DNA of 64,000 nucleotides from Macrostomum lignano (taxonomy: Eukaryota): the NCBI GenBank assembly GCA_002269645.1, contig NIVC01001574.1, forward strand, positions 124,001 to 188,000. Reading direction: 5' to 3'. The notes below the pieces were generated by a model. That model was not told the origin of the DNA. It was given only the letters and a program-made list of their open reading frames with translations, and ran no database searches. This document shows positions 35,172 to 47,660 of the stretch, piece after piece (position 1 is the stretch's first letter; each line of letters opens with the position of its first letter). Position numbers and translations under genes: made by a program.

Positions 35172-38100
35172 ATGGTAGAGTCCGAGTCGGTAGCCAAGCC
35201 AAGTACAGAGGAACCAGCAGCGAGTGGAGCTAGGACAGGTAGAAGTGGAGAGACAGAGCCAGGAGGCAGAAGTGGAGAGACAGAGCTAGGAGGTAGAAGC
35301 GAGACAGTTGGCAGTAAAATTAAATTGTCAGAGACAGCTGGTGATGACGAGGCGGAGACAGATGAAGGTGACCTGCAGGAGTCCGAGACTTCTTTGGGCG
35401 ATCTGGCCAGGACTTTGGCAGAGATCCGTGACAATGTTAAGTATTCAAAGTCGAGCCCTCGGCTCAGGCCCCCAGCCGCCTATTCGCCCAAAATGAAATT
35501 CGAAATTTGGTGGACCCAGTTCAGCCTGTACTTAGAAGCGAATAACATAGGACGCGAGCACTGGACAGCTGTACTGCTGTCATCGTTGTCGCCAGAGTGC
35601 CAAGAGTACTTCTATAACCAGAGACTGCACGAGAAAGTTTTCGAAACCGCTGTTAAGCAGCTTAAGGGTCGGTACGGCGAACCAACGCATGTGGACCAGT
35701 TTTATATAGAGCTTACATCCGCCCAGCAGCTGCAGTCTGAAAGTATTCAAGAATATTTCGATCGCCTCGTTAGCCTTGCTTACTCTGCGAACTTAAGCCG
35801 CAATGAGTACGAGCCTTTAGTTAGGACGCGATTTTGCTATGGGTTAACTGACAAGTCAATCGCAGAAAAGTTAATCAATTTGCTGCAAGAGAAGCCAAGG
35901 CCGTCTCTCGAAAGACTTTTAAACAGGGCCCGAGACGCCGCCCAAACTAGGCAATTACTCAAATTAGCAGAACCGCCGAAAGTCCGTAGTGTTGAGTCAG
36001 ACGAGATCCAAGCCCTGAAGGCAAGGATCAAGGAGCTTGAAAAGAAACAGTCAAGTCAACAGCAAACGACAGTAAACGACAATAGACACCCTGGAGCCCA
36101 GAGTTTTCAGCCACCGCAGCATGTCCTGAACTCCAGTAACTATAATCACAAGAACCGTAGGCCACCGAAGTGCTTTAGGTGTGGGGAGACAGACCATCTG
36201 ATCGCAGAGTGTCCCTATCCCAAAGAGCCGGGTGCCAGTGCGCCACCTTCGAAGTTCAGGGCTCCGCAGCCGTTCGTCGACCCAAAGGACAGAGGGAAGT
36301 CGAGCCCGAGACCGCCCAGAGAGAGGGGGGTAGTGACCCACTGGAAGGATTCCTACGGGTTCGTCCGGTCCTCCCAAATCGGAGATTCAGTTTTCGTGCA
36401 CCTGTCCCAGCTAGTGCAGCCCCTGATGGACCTGGCCTTAAACCACCAGCTAGTGGGCACCCATGTGACCTTCGGCCGAGTTGCTGACGCTGGAAAGACC
36501 AGGGACCGGGCCATCAGCGTGACTGCAGATTCGGTAGACCCCAAGTGTGCGGAGGCCTCTTCCGACCTGCCCCACTACAAGGCGGGATTCTATGTTCAGA
36601 TCGAGATCGGAGAGACGAAGACCGTGGCCCTCTTGGACCCTGGAGCCAATGCATCGCTGATTTGCCCCAAGATGAGAGACAGGCTAGTAGAGGCGGATCC
36701 CATCAATAATGTCTTCACCCCCGCCCAAATCCAGCGAACTGCGACTGGGTTCAACGGAGCCAGCTCAGAAATCCTGGGAAAGCTCGAGTGTGAGTTGAGC
36801 TTAGGCAAACTGAGGAAGCAGCATATTTTCCTAGTTATCGATGGCTCCCTGAGTGAGACGCTTTTAGGACTGGATTTCTGCAGCAGTTTCCAAATTGTCA
36901 TGGACATGGCCTGTGACCGTGTGACCTGTGCAGGGGAGCATGTCCCAACCCTGTGGGGATCTAGTGACATCTGTAGCGTGAACCGTGTGGTCGCCGCTTG
37001 CGACACGGTCCTGCCGCCGCGCTCAGAAGCCCTGGTCCCAGCTAGAGCCATAGACGCCGAGAGCAACGCCCATGGGGTTATCAGCGCGAGGCTGTTCAAT
37101 TCAGATTCGGCCATCGTGGTCGCTAATTCTCTAGACCAGGTCAGCCCCACCGGCCACGTGTTAGTTAGGGTCCTGAATAGCAATGAAGAAGAGATTACTG
37201 TTGCCAAGGGTGAGGAGGTAGCGTCATTTAAGAAGCTAGGGGACGACGAGAGCGTGGTGTGCACCCGGCTAAACGAAAGCGATTTCAGCTTCGACAAGGT
37301 AGATCTGCTTAACGACAAGCTGGCAAGACTACCCTACCCAGACCCAGGAACAGCCAAGTGGCTAATGAACCAGTTCAATTTGCTAGACTCTAACCTAACT
37401 AAGAAGCAGCTGGATACCACCGTCAAAATGTTAAATTATTTCCTTAGTCAAATTTCTCAGTCCGAAACAGATCTAGGCAAGACCACGCTGCATGAGATGA
37501 CGATCGAGCTCAAAGACCCGAGTTGCCGCCCGATTTCCCAACCGTCCAGGCGGACAACGCCGGCCCAGAAAGAGTTCTTAGACAAGCATATTGCCCAGCT
37601 TTTAGACCAGGGAGTGGTTGAGGAGTGTGACTCTGACTGGTCTTCGCCAATTGTGCTTGTGAAAAAGAAGGACGGTACGTATCGCCTGTGCGTAGACTAC
37701 CGCGCCCTAAACAAGCACATAAAGCCGTGCTCATTTCCTCTGCCGCTGATAGAAGAGTCATTCGATAGTTTGGCGGGCTCCAACGTATTCAGCAGCTTAG
37801 ACCTGACGAGCGCGTACTGGCAAGTAGGAATCAGGGAAGCTGACCGCGATCTCACCGCGTTTTCCTGCCCTCAGGGGACTTTCCGTTGGACCGTTGTTCC
37901 CTTCGGGATAAAGACCGCCCCAGCCAGTTTTGCTAAGCTTATGCATAAGGTTTTCAGACCACTGCTGTTGCGAGTCAGCCTGATTTACCTTGACGACATC
38001 ATCATCAAAGCTAGGAATAATGATGAGATGATATCCCACCTAGCGCTAGTTTTCTGGCAGCTTAGGAAAGCTAATTTGAAGATCAGGCCATCAAAATGTG

Positions 38101-38876
38101 AATTGTTCAAAGACAGGCTTAGGTTTCTGGGATTCGTGGTCTCCTCGAGAGGGATCGAAGCGGACCCCACCAAGACGGAAGCAGTGCGACAGTGGTGTAC
38201 TCCTAGGGATAAAAAAACAGCTGTTATCCTTTCTGGGGTTTGCTAATTATTACAGAAAGTTCGTCCCCAGGTTTTCTATCATAGCCACGCCCCTGTACGC
38301 CTTAGCCAAAAGTTCGGAGAAATTTGTCTGGCGCCAAGTTCACGAGAATGCGTTTCAGGAACTTTAAGGATAGCGGAGTACGATTTCCAAGTGAACCACA
38401 GAGCCGGTCTAGATCACGTTAACGCAGACATCTTCAGTCGAAATCCCAAGTTCAGAGCAGACCATTTCGATTGCCCAACCTGCAGCTTGATCCCAGATTT
38501 CAAAGCCAAGTTCCAGAAGGGTAAAAATGTAGCGCCATCGGAGCCTAGTGAAGTCAAAGCCAACCGCATCAGCGTCGATAGTAGCACCCAGACCCTCGCC
38601 TCCACGGGTAGCCAGACCCTGGAAACTGAGTCCCAATTTGCGGTCGCCGCGCAAAACAAGCCGGTAGTAGATTTAGCTATTCAGACTGAGCGTTTCACTG
38701 AAGTTAATGAGTTAGCCCACGGCAGCGAGCACTTAGCCGCCCCAACTCCTGTTGCGGGCACGGACACAGCTGGGAGTGAACCAGAGACCCGGTCCCCAGC
38801 TGCGGCTCATGCTGTTCAAGTGGAGGACCCGGGTAGATCCGATGTAGCCGCCATAGACTCTGGGTCGGATAGTTAG
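35172..38876 (+). pseudogene. Gypsy Gag-Pol: capsid, CCHC knuckle, cold-shock domain, aspartic protease, RT; RNase H core deleted
   Basis: CFRCGETDHLIAEC; GVVTHWKDSYGFV..VFVHLSQL; ALLDPGA; SSPIVLVKKKDGTYRLCVDYR; YLDD. Frameshift in the A7 run near 38216. AFQEL joins directly to IAEYDF..NADIFSR. Confidence 0.92.
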
Positions 38877-39982
38877 AGTGAAGATGAGGAAGAAGCTGAG
38901 CAGAAAGAAAGAGAATGGATTCGCAGCGCGCAGGAATCGAATATTGACGTGGTGTACCTTAGAGACGCGGTAGCGGGCAGAGAGGAAAGGTTATCCAAGC
39001 AGGAGCTTCAAGGCCATAGCCGGGAGCTGAGAGCCTTATGGGCCATGTTTGGTGAGCTGTCGGTGGAAGAAAATGTACTAGTTAGAAATAGACCAGCTAA
39101 GAAAAGGAAGCCTGCCGCTAAACTGACTGTCATTCCGGAGAGTGCAAACATAGACGAATTAGTGACCTCTTACCACAGATTGATCAACCATTCCGGAGTC
39201 AAGAAGACATTAGGTATCTTAAAGAAGAACTTCCAAATTTTCAACCTGGAAACAGTTGTCAAGAGTGTCGTTGCCAGTTGCGAGATTTGCGCCAGAACTA
39301 AGAAAAACAAACGCAAGAACAAAGCACCGATGCTGCCAACTCTAGCGGGATATCCGAATCAGGTTGTCCATGTAGACCATTGTGGGCCATTTCCGGAACA
39401 GGATGGATTCAGATATCTGCTTGTCATGGTAGACAGATTTTCTGGATTCTTAGAAATCATTCCTGTGAGAGACGTAACTGCTGAGACAACCGCAGCAGCG
39501 ATCCTGACGGAGTGGATTGCTCGCTACGGCACAATGGAGCAATTGGTCTCGGACAATGGGACAGCGTTTATCAATAGCATTGTAGCCGAGTTAACCCGCT
39601 TGTTAGAAATTGACACTGTTAGAATTACTGCCCGTCGCCCTCAGGCCAATGGCAAAGTGGAGCGTACGATTCAAACCATCAAAAGTCAAGTCCGTGCAGT
39701 CACTGCTGAAAGGCATGTGACCTGGCCTTTTGCCGCGAGATGCGCAGGGATGAGCATTAGGTCATTAGAATCCGAGTCCACCGGCATGACGCCTGCCAAG
39801 CTTTTCTTAGGCCGGGAATTCCAGATGCCGCTAGATTTGATGTACAACCCACCTAGGCAAGAGCGCTATGACCCAGCCAGTTATGCACACCTGCTCCACC
39901 GAACTCTAGTTGAAGCCTCTGCCACCGCCAGAGCTGTTAGGAAGAAGGCGCAGTCTAGACAGAAGAGGTACTACGATCGGTC

Positions 39983-42900
39983 TTGACTTAACTTGACTTA
40001 GCTGCAGGGGGCGTCCGGCGGATGCAGCGGGGAGGCGGAGGAGACCGCCCATTCCGCTAGCCCCTGGCGACCAACGACTTCCGTTGAAGTGGTGTCGCTC
40101 AGGGGGACCCGTCGGTCTCGCCTGCAGCGCGGTCCTCCTCACCGACGGTGGGGAAGAAATCAGCTCGTCCGGTGTCCCTGAGGTACCGGGCGAGCAGCGG
40201 GATGCTCTCGGGCCTGCAAACGTCGGAGAGAACCGGGTTTGGCCCGAGGTGAGTGAGCCTGGCCCTGGTGAAAACCGGGCAGTGGCAGATAAAATGCTCG
40301 GCGTTTTCACTGCCTGAGCGGCAGAAGGGGCACCGCTCCTCGGGTACTTGGCCCTGAAGGAAGCGGTGGCGAGAGAAGCAGCCATGCCCGGAGAGGGCCA
40401 TGCTAACTGCTCTGAGGTCTCTGCGGTTGAGCCTGAGGAGGGCTCTACGCAGGAGAGGAGAGGGGCAGGGGACGGCCGCACGGGATTGCCTACAATTCCG
40501 GGTGTCGTGCCACCTGCGGAGATGCTCGGCGTCAGCCCAGCGCTTAACGCGGGAATTGATCACCGAGGCGGGGATGGGGGCACCCGGGCCCGGCCCCAAT
40601 AGCGCGCCGGCGGAGCCAGCCTTGGCCAGCAGGTCAGCGCGCTCGTTGCCGAGGAAGCCGGCGTGGCCCGGGATCTATCTGAGCTCCACCTGGTTGCCTA
40701 GCGCAAGCCCGTTGAGCTGGGTGTTGCAGTCCAGGACGGACCTGGAGCTGGCGGTGCTGCGGCAGAGGGCCCGAAGGGCTGCTTGGCTGTCAGAGTGAAA
40801 AATAAATTTCCGGCCGCTAAGCTGCCTTCGGCGCAGCTCTGCCGCGCAGGAGCTGATGGCAAGCACCTCGCTCTGAAAAACACTGGAGTTGAGCCCAGTG
40901 TGCTGGGAGTAGTTCCACACCACTTCTCCCTTGAAGAAGACGCAAGCTCCGAAGCCTGAAAGACCATGCCTCATAGAGCCGCCAGTGTAACAGTGGACTT
41001 CAGAGTCGCTCCAGCTGTCACTCGCCTCGTGTCGAGGCTGAATGGTAACCTTATACCTTTGGCTCAGGAGAAGGGTGGCTGGGATCGAGTCCGTGAGGAT
41101 GTTGAGCCCGCCACACTCCTCGAGAGCCTTGAGGCAGAGGTCAGAGTGCGGGATAAGCGACCGCTTCTTAAAGGCCCGCACTTTCTTGAAGGCCACCCCA
41201 GCATCCAGAAGACGCCGGGTGCTCTTCGCCGCCTCTCCTTTGATATAAATATCCAAAGGAGGGGCACAGAGGAAGGCATTCATGCCTTCAAAAGGAGTAG
41301 AGGGTGGAGCGCCCATAGTCATGCGGCAGGCTCTGCCCTGGATTTTGTAGAGAGCGTCGAGGTTGCTCTTGACGCTCAGGCCGCTAGCCCACACGAGGCT
41401 GGCGTAACTGATCGAGGGGCGGATGATGGCAGTGTAAATCCACCACAGCTTCCTGGGGGTGAGCCCCCAGGTGGTGCCCACGGCGCGCCTGATCTGAGCC
41501 AGTACAGCCAGGGCTTTTTTGGCTTTAGTTTGAATGTGCGGAGTCCAGTTAAGCCTGTGGTCCAGAGTGAGGCCCAGGCAGCGGACCTGCTTCTCCATGG
41601 AAATATTCTTTCCATAGAGGGTGAGGGGCTTAATGGTCCAGAGCAGTTTGTTGGTAAACATGACTGCTGTGGTTTTCGACTCTGAGAGTCTAAGGCCACA
41701 TTGGTCTGCCCAACGCTCCGCTCGTCCCAGAAAGCCCTGCAGAAGGTCTCTGATGGTCACATCATCGGCATAGCCCACCTTGAGAATGGGGTCGTGGAGA
41801 TCACTGCAAAGCAACTCATCCATGACCATGTTCCAGAGAACGGGGGTGAGAACGCCGCCCTGGGGGCCCCCTTTCAGGACAGGCACCGAAAGAGAGCTGC
41901 CGCTCAGGTGGGCCACAACAGTGCGGTTTCGGATCATGAACATGATCCACCGGACAAGGTGAGGGTGCGTGGCCCTGGATTCCAGGGCTCTGCAAAAGGC
42001 CTCGAAGATGACGTTGTCGAAGGCCCCCTCAATGTCCAGGAAAAGCGAGAGGGCAAAGCCGCTGCCAAGAACGGCCCTCTCCAGGAAGTCAACAATGACA
42101 TGGAGAGCACTCTCGGTTGACCTGCCCGCGCGGAAGGCGTGCTGGTTCTGCGAGAGTGGGAAGCGCTTCAGCTCGACCGAAAGTAGGCGCCAAAGCACCA
42201 GTCTCTCGAGGAGCTTGAGGCAGAAAGAAGTGAGGCTGATAGGCCTGAAGGCCTTCACCGATTGGTAGTCGCTCTTTCCAGGCTTGGGGATAAAGACCAC
42301 CCGGGCCTCTCTCCATGCAACTGGTACATAGCCCAGCTCCACACAAGCTCGAAGGAGACGACAGAGCAGGTCCAGGAAGCGGTGGTTTTTCACCGCCTCG
42401 TGCAAGAACGCTGGGTAGATGCCGTCGGGCCCAGGCGCCTTGAACGGGTTAAAGGACCTTGCCGCTCTAATAATGCGGTCTTTGGTGATCATAGACTTTG
42501 CTAGGCCTTGCCCTCCCACTGTGTGGTCGGGCGGGCCCTGCTGAGTCGGAGATTTAGGGAAAAAACTGTTGAGCATGAGCTCTAGAGTCTCTTCCGAACT
42601 CTCTGTGACCGAGCCGTCAGGTCTCTTCACAACAGAGAGTTTAGAAAAACGGTCATTAGTGAGTGCCTTAACCACGCGGGCTACGGGGCGAGAGCCCTCA
42701 AGCCCTTCGCAATATTGGCGCCACTTGGCCGTCTTGGCCCTTCTGACTTGGCCCTTAAACTCGTGGATCGCACGGGTATAGGCCTCTCTGTCAGATGGGT
42801 CTTTGGTTTTGAGCGCTCGCCTTTGGAGGGTCCTGGCTCGGCGCCGAAGGGCCCCGAGCTCTGGGTTCCACCAGGGAGCAGATTTCTTGCCTTTATAGGC

Positions 42901-45519
42901 CTTTAGGGGCAGGCTGCTTCAAAGGCAGTGGTGATCGCCCCGCCCAGGGAGGAGGCGAGATCGTCCACCACCTGGCAGTCAGAGAGGTCACTGGGGGGTC
43001 AAGATCCCGAAGGCCGCGGCTCAGCTTCGAGCCAAAGGCGGCCCAATCGGTGTTCCTGACGTTCCGACTCCAAGTGACCTTAGGCTTTTGCTTGGTCGGC
43101 CCAATGCAAAAGCGGATAAAGCGGTGGTCCGAGAGCGAGTCCTCGTCCCACACTCGCCAGCCCGTAACTGCGGAAAGCAGTCCGGGTGAGGCGATGGTGG
43201 TGTAATTGACTTCGGCCCACCGCCCATTATTGAACGTTGGTGCATTGCCCACGTTACAGAAGTTGAGGTTAGTGCTGCTGACATAGGCCAGCAGCTCCTC
43301 GCCTCTGCTATTGATGTTCTTGCTGCCCCAATGCAGGTGGTGTGCGTTCACATCCCCTGCAATGAGCAGCTCGAACCGATGGGACGCAGCATAGTCAGTA
43401 AGGTTGACTAACGCGTCGCAGACAACTGGGGCATCGCCCGGGAAATAGGCAGAAGCTACCAGCACAGGTTTATTGGGAATGAGGTTATTGATTTGAACAA
43501 CACAGATGTCCCCAGTCGAGAGATCAGGTCTCATCCATGCCTCAAAAGCTTTTGCAGCAAAGACCAGAGATCTTGGGCGAGGCTGAGAGCCCGCCATGCA
43601 AAAACAGTGGTAGCCAGATGGCACATTATTTGGCTTACCTTTAGTCATCCAGGGCTCCTGTACGAAGACCAGGCCCGGAAGCTGTTGCTCTGCCGTGCGC
43701 ATCAGGTTGACCGACGCCGCCACGCAGTGCTGGGTGTTGATCTGCAGACACCAGGTACACCAGGTCGGCCCTGCCCCGAGGGGTTGGGCCCAGCTGGGAC
43801 GTCCCCACCCTCCCTGGACGAACTGGTGCGCCTAGGCGTCCCGGCGACCTCTCGCCTCAGCTGGGAGATTTTGGCGGTCCGGACTGCCTCAGCTGCACGC
43901 TGGTACAGGCCGCGCCGCTTGGTGCTGCGCGCCGGGCGTCGGTCGCCTCCGCCCTCAGCAGCGCGCTCAGCTTTGCCCGCGCGGCCGTGCTGCCGGGCAG
44001 GGCGGTTTGCTTTGGCAGTCTGAGCAGAGGCTTGCGCCTCGGCCCCGGCCGCCTCCGCATCCCGCCCGCCCTGCTCACTGCCACGGGGAGGGTCGGCCTC
44101 GTAGGAGCGGATGCGCAGCTTCCAAAGGCCGACGTTGATGAAGCTGCCGTGTGGATAACGCCTCATCCAGGCGTCCGACAGCCCACAGCCCCAGGATGGC
44201 TGTGAAGCCAGTGCCGTCGGTGCGCTTAAGGGTGTCATGCACCACTAGGCCCGCGGCGGGAAGCTCCCGGTTGACTGCTAGCAGTCCTTTCCGGAGCTCG
44301 TCAGCAGAGGTAACAACGCTCCTGGCCGGGACCCAGATTCGATGCCTCTTGGTCCGGGGGCGCTCGTCCTCTCTGCAGAAGGCTAGGTTGAGGTCCCAGC
44401 TCTGCTCGGGCAGCAGCTCAAGGAGCCGCCGACCCGAGTCAGCATCACTGGGCCAAATGAGAAGGCACTAGTCCCTCGTCGCATTCGAATGAATGTTCAG
44501 AGGCGTGCCCTTCAGAGTTTGCTTCCACAGGAGGCCATCAACGGCACTTCTCACCTGCTTCAGCTGATCGGGAGACAGGCGCGCGTCCTTTCCCAGGATG
44601 ACAACCGCCAGTTGCCTCTTTGCCGCATCAGCGTAGGAGGCCCGGGGGTCAGTGGAGCTTTCTTCAGGTGGGCTGTCCACCCTCCCGGCTGCATCGGCCT
44701 CCCTATCCTGGGCAGGGGCTTCCGTGGGCTCGAGGCCCTCTTCCGCCACCGCCCCAGACTGGGAAGCTTCCGCTGCCGCGGGCCGTTGGCCCCTGGCACC
44801 GGTTTGGCTTCCGCCCTCCTTGGCCCGCCTCGCCTTGTTAAGTCGACGGCGGGCAGCTCCAGAGGTGGTGCTGCGTTTCTTAGCAGCTGGAGTAGCAGGT
44901 GTCTTCTCGGAGGCACCGCTCAGAGTTGGCTCCACGGGTCTCGCCGAGGCGTCCCCGATGGTAGCAGGTGGTATGGCCGAGGAGTCCACGGCCCCAGCCG
45001 AGGCCGGAGGCACTGTGTCATCCACAGCCGGTTTGTTACTTCGGTTAGAAGCCATTGGCTGGAAGTAAAAAGGTGGGACTTCCTGCAGAACACAGGCAAA
45101 GAGCCGCAAGGCCGCAACCCCAAACCAAGCGGCAGGCCCCCAAAAAGCAAAATACTACCCTGCGGGGGGACCCAAAAGCGCAAGGGGAACCGTTAGCGAC
45201 CAGACTACTCCCTGGCCAAGCGTCCATCAGCACGGAGTTACACTGGGACATTAGAGGGTGCGTTTATGGTCACACCAGGACCCGGCGCCAACGAATCAGC
45301 TCGGCAGGGCCCAAGGGGGCCTGCCTTAACACCCACGGGACGAGTACCCTTCGAAGTGCGCCTTGCAAGGTGAAAATCAGGAGACAGAGTCTCTAGAGCT
45401 ATCAGCCCGCCAGGGGAGGCAGGTGTGAGCATCGCTGGCTGGGATTAAGGCCATACCAGTCTCATACTGCACAGATAGTTCACCACGCCATTGCGTGCAG
45501 GACCCGGGGTCCTGGAGGC
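39983..45519 (-). mobile_element. Full-length LOA/R1-like non-LTR retrotransposon 2 (APE-RT-RNase H-CCHC)
   Basis: 12-bp TSD CTACGATCGGTC (39971-39982, 45520-45531); tail CTAAGTCAAGTTAAGTCAA. ORF1 about 43702-45109. ORF2 about 43760-40099 with VQEPW, SDH, GPQGG, YADD, CPFC..EH..C; frameshifts. Confidence 0.94.
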
Positions 45520-46037
45520 CTACGATCGGTCAGTGTTTAAATCTAGTTTTGAGGTAGGAGAGCTCGTGTGGGTGTTAAACCCCGACCACAAGGGCCTCGA
45601 TCCTTCGGTCTGGCTTGGGCCGTACAAGGTCGCGCAGAAAATTTCAGAGAGAAATTATCGGTTAGTTCCTGAGTTAGCGTGTGAGAATCAGTTTAAAACT
45701 CCGAATCCGAGCCACAAGATTTACAATGTAGATCGTATGAAAAGGTGCATTCGCCAGTCTAGTTATCAGGATGTCGCCGACAGGTTTAGATTAGAATTGG
45801 TTGCGAGGATGCCTCATTCCTCGAGGTTAGGACAGGGTGATGAAGACTCTAGGCAGTTGAGCTGTAGTTCTGACTGCTCTGATTGGGTGTCAGGATTCGA
45901 TCTGGGTCCAGTCTGTCCGGGTGAGCAGCAGACCGTTCCTCCTCCGAGTCAGCACTCCATCCAGCATCAGAGTGCTCAGTCGGTATCTGAACCAGACACG
46001 GAGCCAGCCATAGGAACAGTAGCAGATTCGGCAACAG

Positions 46038-46222
46038 AGCCAATCACAGAACAGATCACTCAGCCAATCACAGAACAGATCACTCAGCCAATCACAGAAC
46101 AGATCACTCAGCCAATCACAGAACAGATCACTCAGCCAATCACAGAACATGTTGCTGAGCCAATCACAGAGCAAAGCACTGAGCCAATCACAGAGCAAGC
46201 CATTGAGCCAGTCACAGAACAC
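46038..46222 (+). repeat. In-frame 24-bp tandem repeat (QPITEQIT) in the integrase C-terminal tail
   Basis: Seven AGCCAATCAC-containing units plus one variant. Confidence 0.92.
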
Positions 46223-46930
46223 ACCGTGCAGCCACACACGGAACCTGCAGAAAATTTGCCAGATAAAGTCAGAACTGAAGCACAAGCGACAGAGCAACCA
46301 CAACCTGAGGCACCAGTAGCACAAGAACAGAAAGTTTCAGAACAGCACGAGCAAGCCACTCAAGAACAGCCAGCTGTCACAACCACAAGGTCTGGTCGCG
46401 CAATTAGACCGCCCATCAGGTTTCGTTCCTTGCTGGCTAATCTTTTTGGTAAAGGTAGCGAGGAGTAGGAATTTTGACGTGTCGTGTGCTGTGTGCCTGT
46501 GTTCTGCACGCCTGTTAGGGGTTCCATTATTCAATTGTCAAATGTCATCTTAAATTTATCGTAGGTTAGTCTATTTTATTGCCGCGATCATAGCCCTTAA
46601 TCCTCGGATTGGGTTTTTTGATCCTAGTTAGGTTTGTCTAGAAATGGCTTAGTTAGATAGGAGTTCAGTCTGACTGTGGCCGTTGGGCTGCAGTCTGTGT
46701 CGGCGAAGCTGTCGCCGCGCTGCCGAGACATTCGAATTTGCCGCCGGTCTTTTGAATTTGCCACCGTTGAATTACAGTTGCTGCCGTGTATTTAACTCTA
46801 TTGGCCATTTGCATTTTATATTTCCTTTTGACAGTTGTCACAAAATATTTTCAAAAATACAAAAAAATATTGATTATTGAATATTGTTACAGGTATACCA
46901 GCTATTGATCGTTCGTTGTTCGAATATTGC

Positions 46931-47048
46931 TTCGATTTTGCCAATGTGTTCGATTTTGCCAATGTGTTCGATTTTGCCAATGTGTTCGATTTTTGCCAAT
47001 GTGTTCGATTTTGCCAATGTGTTCGATTTTTGCCAATGTGTCGATTTT
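46931..47048 (+). repeat. 18-bp tandem repeat TTCGATTTTGCCAATGTG in the Gypsy 3-prime UTR
   Basis: TTCGAT at 46931, 46949, 46967, about 6 units. Confidence 0.9.
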
Positions 47049-47198
47049 TTCTAATGGTGTCGATTTGCTGTTGCCAACTTTCCGGGCCAATTGAGCCTAT
47101 AATTAAAATTCCGTCAATAGCCAATAGATAAGTTTATATCGTTATTAAATTTTGGTCATGTGCTTCGATATTACTGTAAGTAGCTGTATTGCTTTTTT

Positions 47199-47211
47199 GA
47201 GGAGAGGCGAG
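47199..47211 (+). promoter_or_regulatory. Polypurine tract
   Basis: GAGGAGAGGCGAG abutting the 3-prime LTR TG. Confidence 0.85.
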
Positions 47212-47660
47212 TGTAACGATGTTGATATTTATTTCTGAAAATATTATAGTGTTATTAATGCCTTTTTAGTATTATATTACTACTCTAGCTACTATTTATT
47301 AAACGAATCTTAAATTTATTCTATATTTATACATAAAATTTGTTTTACTGTATCATTCATAGAAATACGGGAATTGTATTATTTAAAAGTGGGTTGTTTC
47401 GCATTTTTGTTCTCTAGTGTTTCTTGTCTCGCTGGGCTCGTGTGTGCTGTTGGTTTGTCCGCCGCGTTGTGCCTATTCGCCATACTTAGTACTTACTACC
47501 AATAATTTAACAGCAACAGTTAACTCTTGTCTTCAAATAAATAATATAATACGGTCAAATACAATCAGTCGAAGTTAAAATTCTAAGCTTTCTTGCTACG
47601 TAGACTCATTTATTGATAAGTGCATAGCTGTCAGCACCGAACAAGAAGGGTCGCGTCACA
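47212..47660 (+). repeat. 3-prime LTR
   Basis: Copy of 33614-34062. Confidence 0.96.

Larger units (their letters stand above)
38949..46468 (+). pseudogene. Gypsy integrase, interrupted by LINE 2 at 39983-45519
   Basis: H-H-C-C (YHRLINH..CEIC), HVD, SDNG, KVER. Removing the LINE restores KRYYDRSVFKSSFEVGELVWV..GPY. Confidence 0.92.
33614..47660 (+). mobile_element. Gypsy/Metaviridae LTR retrotransposon with both LTRs (about 8.5 kb without the nested LINE)
   Basis: 449-bp LTRs TGTAAC..GTCACA, a 4-bp TSD GCTT (33610-33613, 47661-47664), PBS, PPT and gag-PR-RT-IN order. Confidence 0.96.

Noticed and set aside
40966-45396. Many overlapping plus-strand ORFs within the LINEs (also 15619-18665 and 59819-63722)
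   Set aside because: Shadow ORFs of GC-rich retroelement coding sequence.
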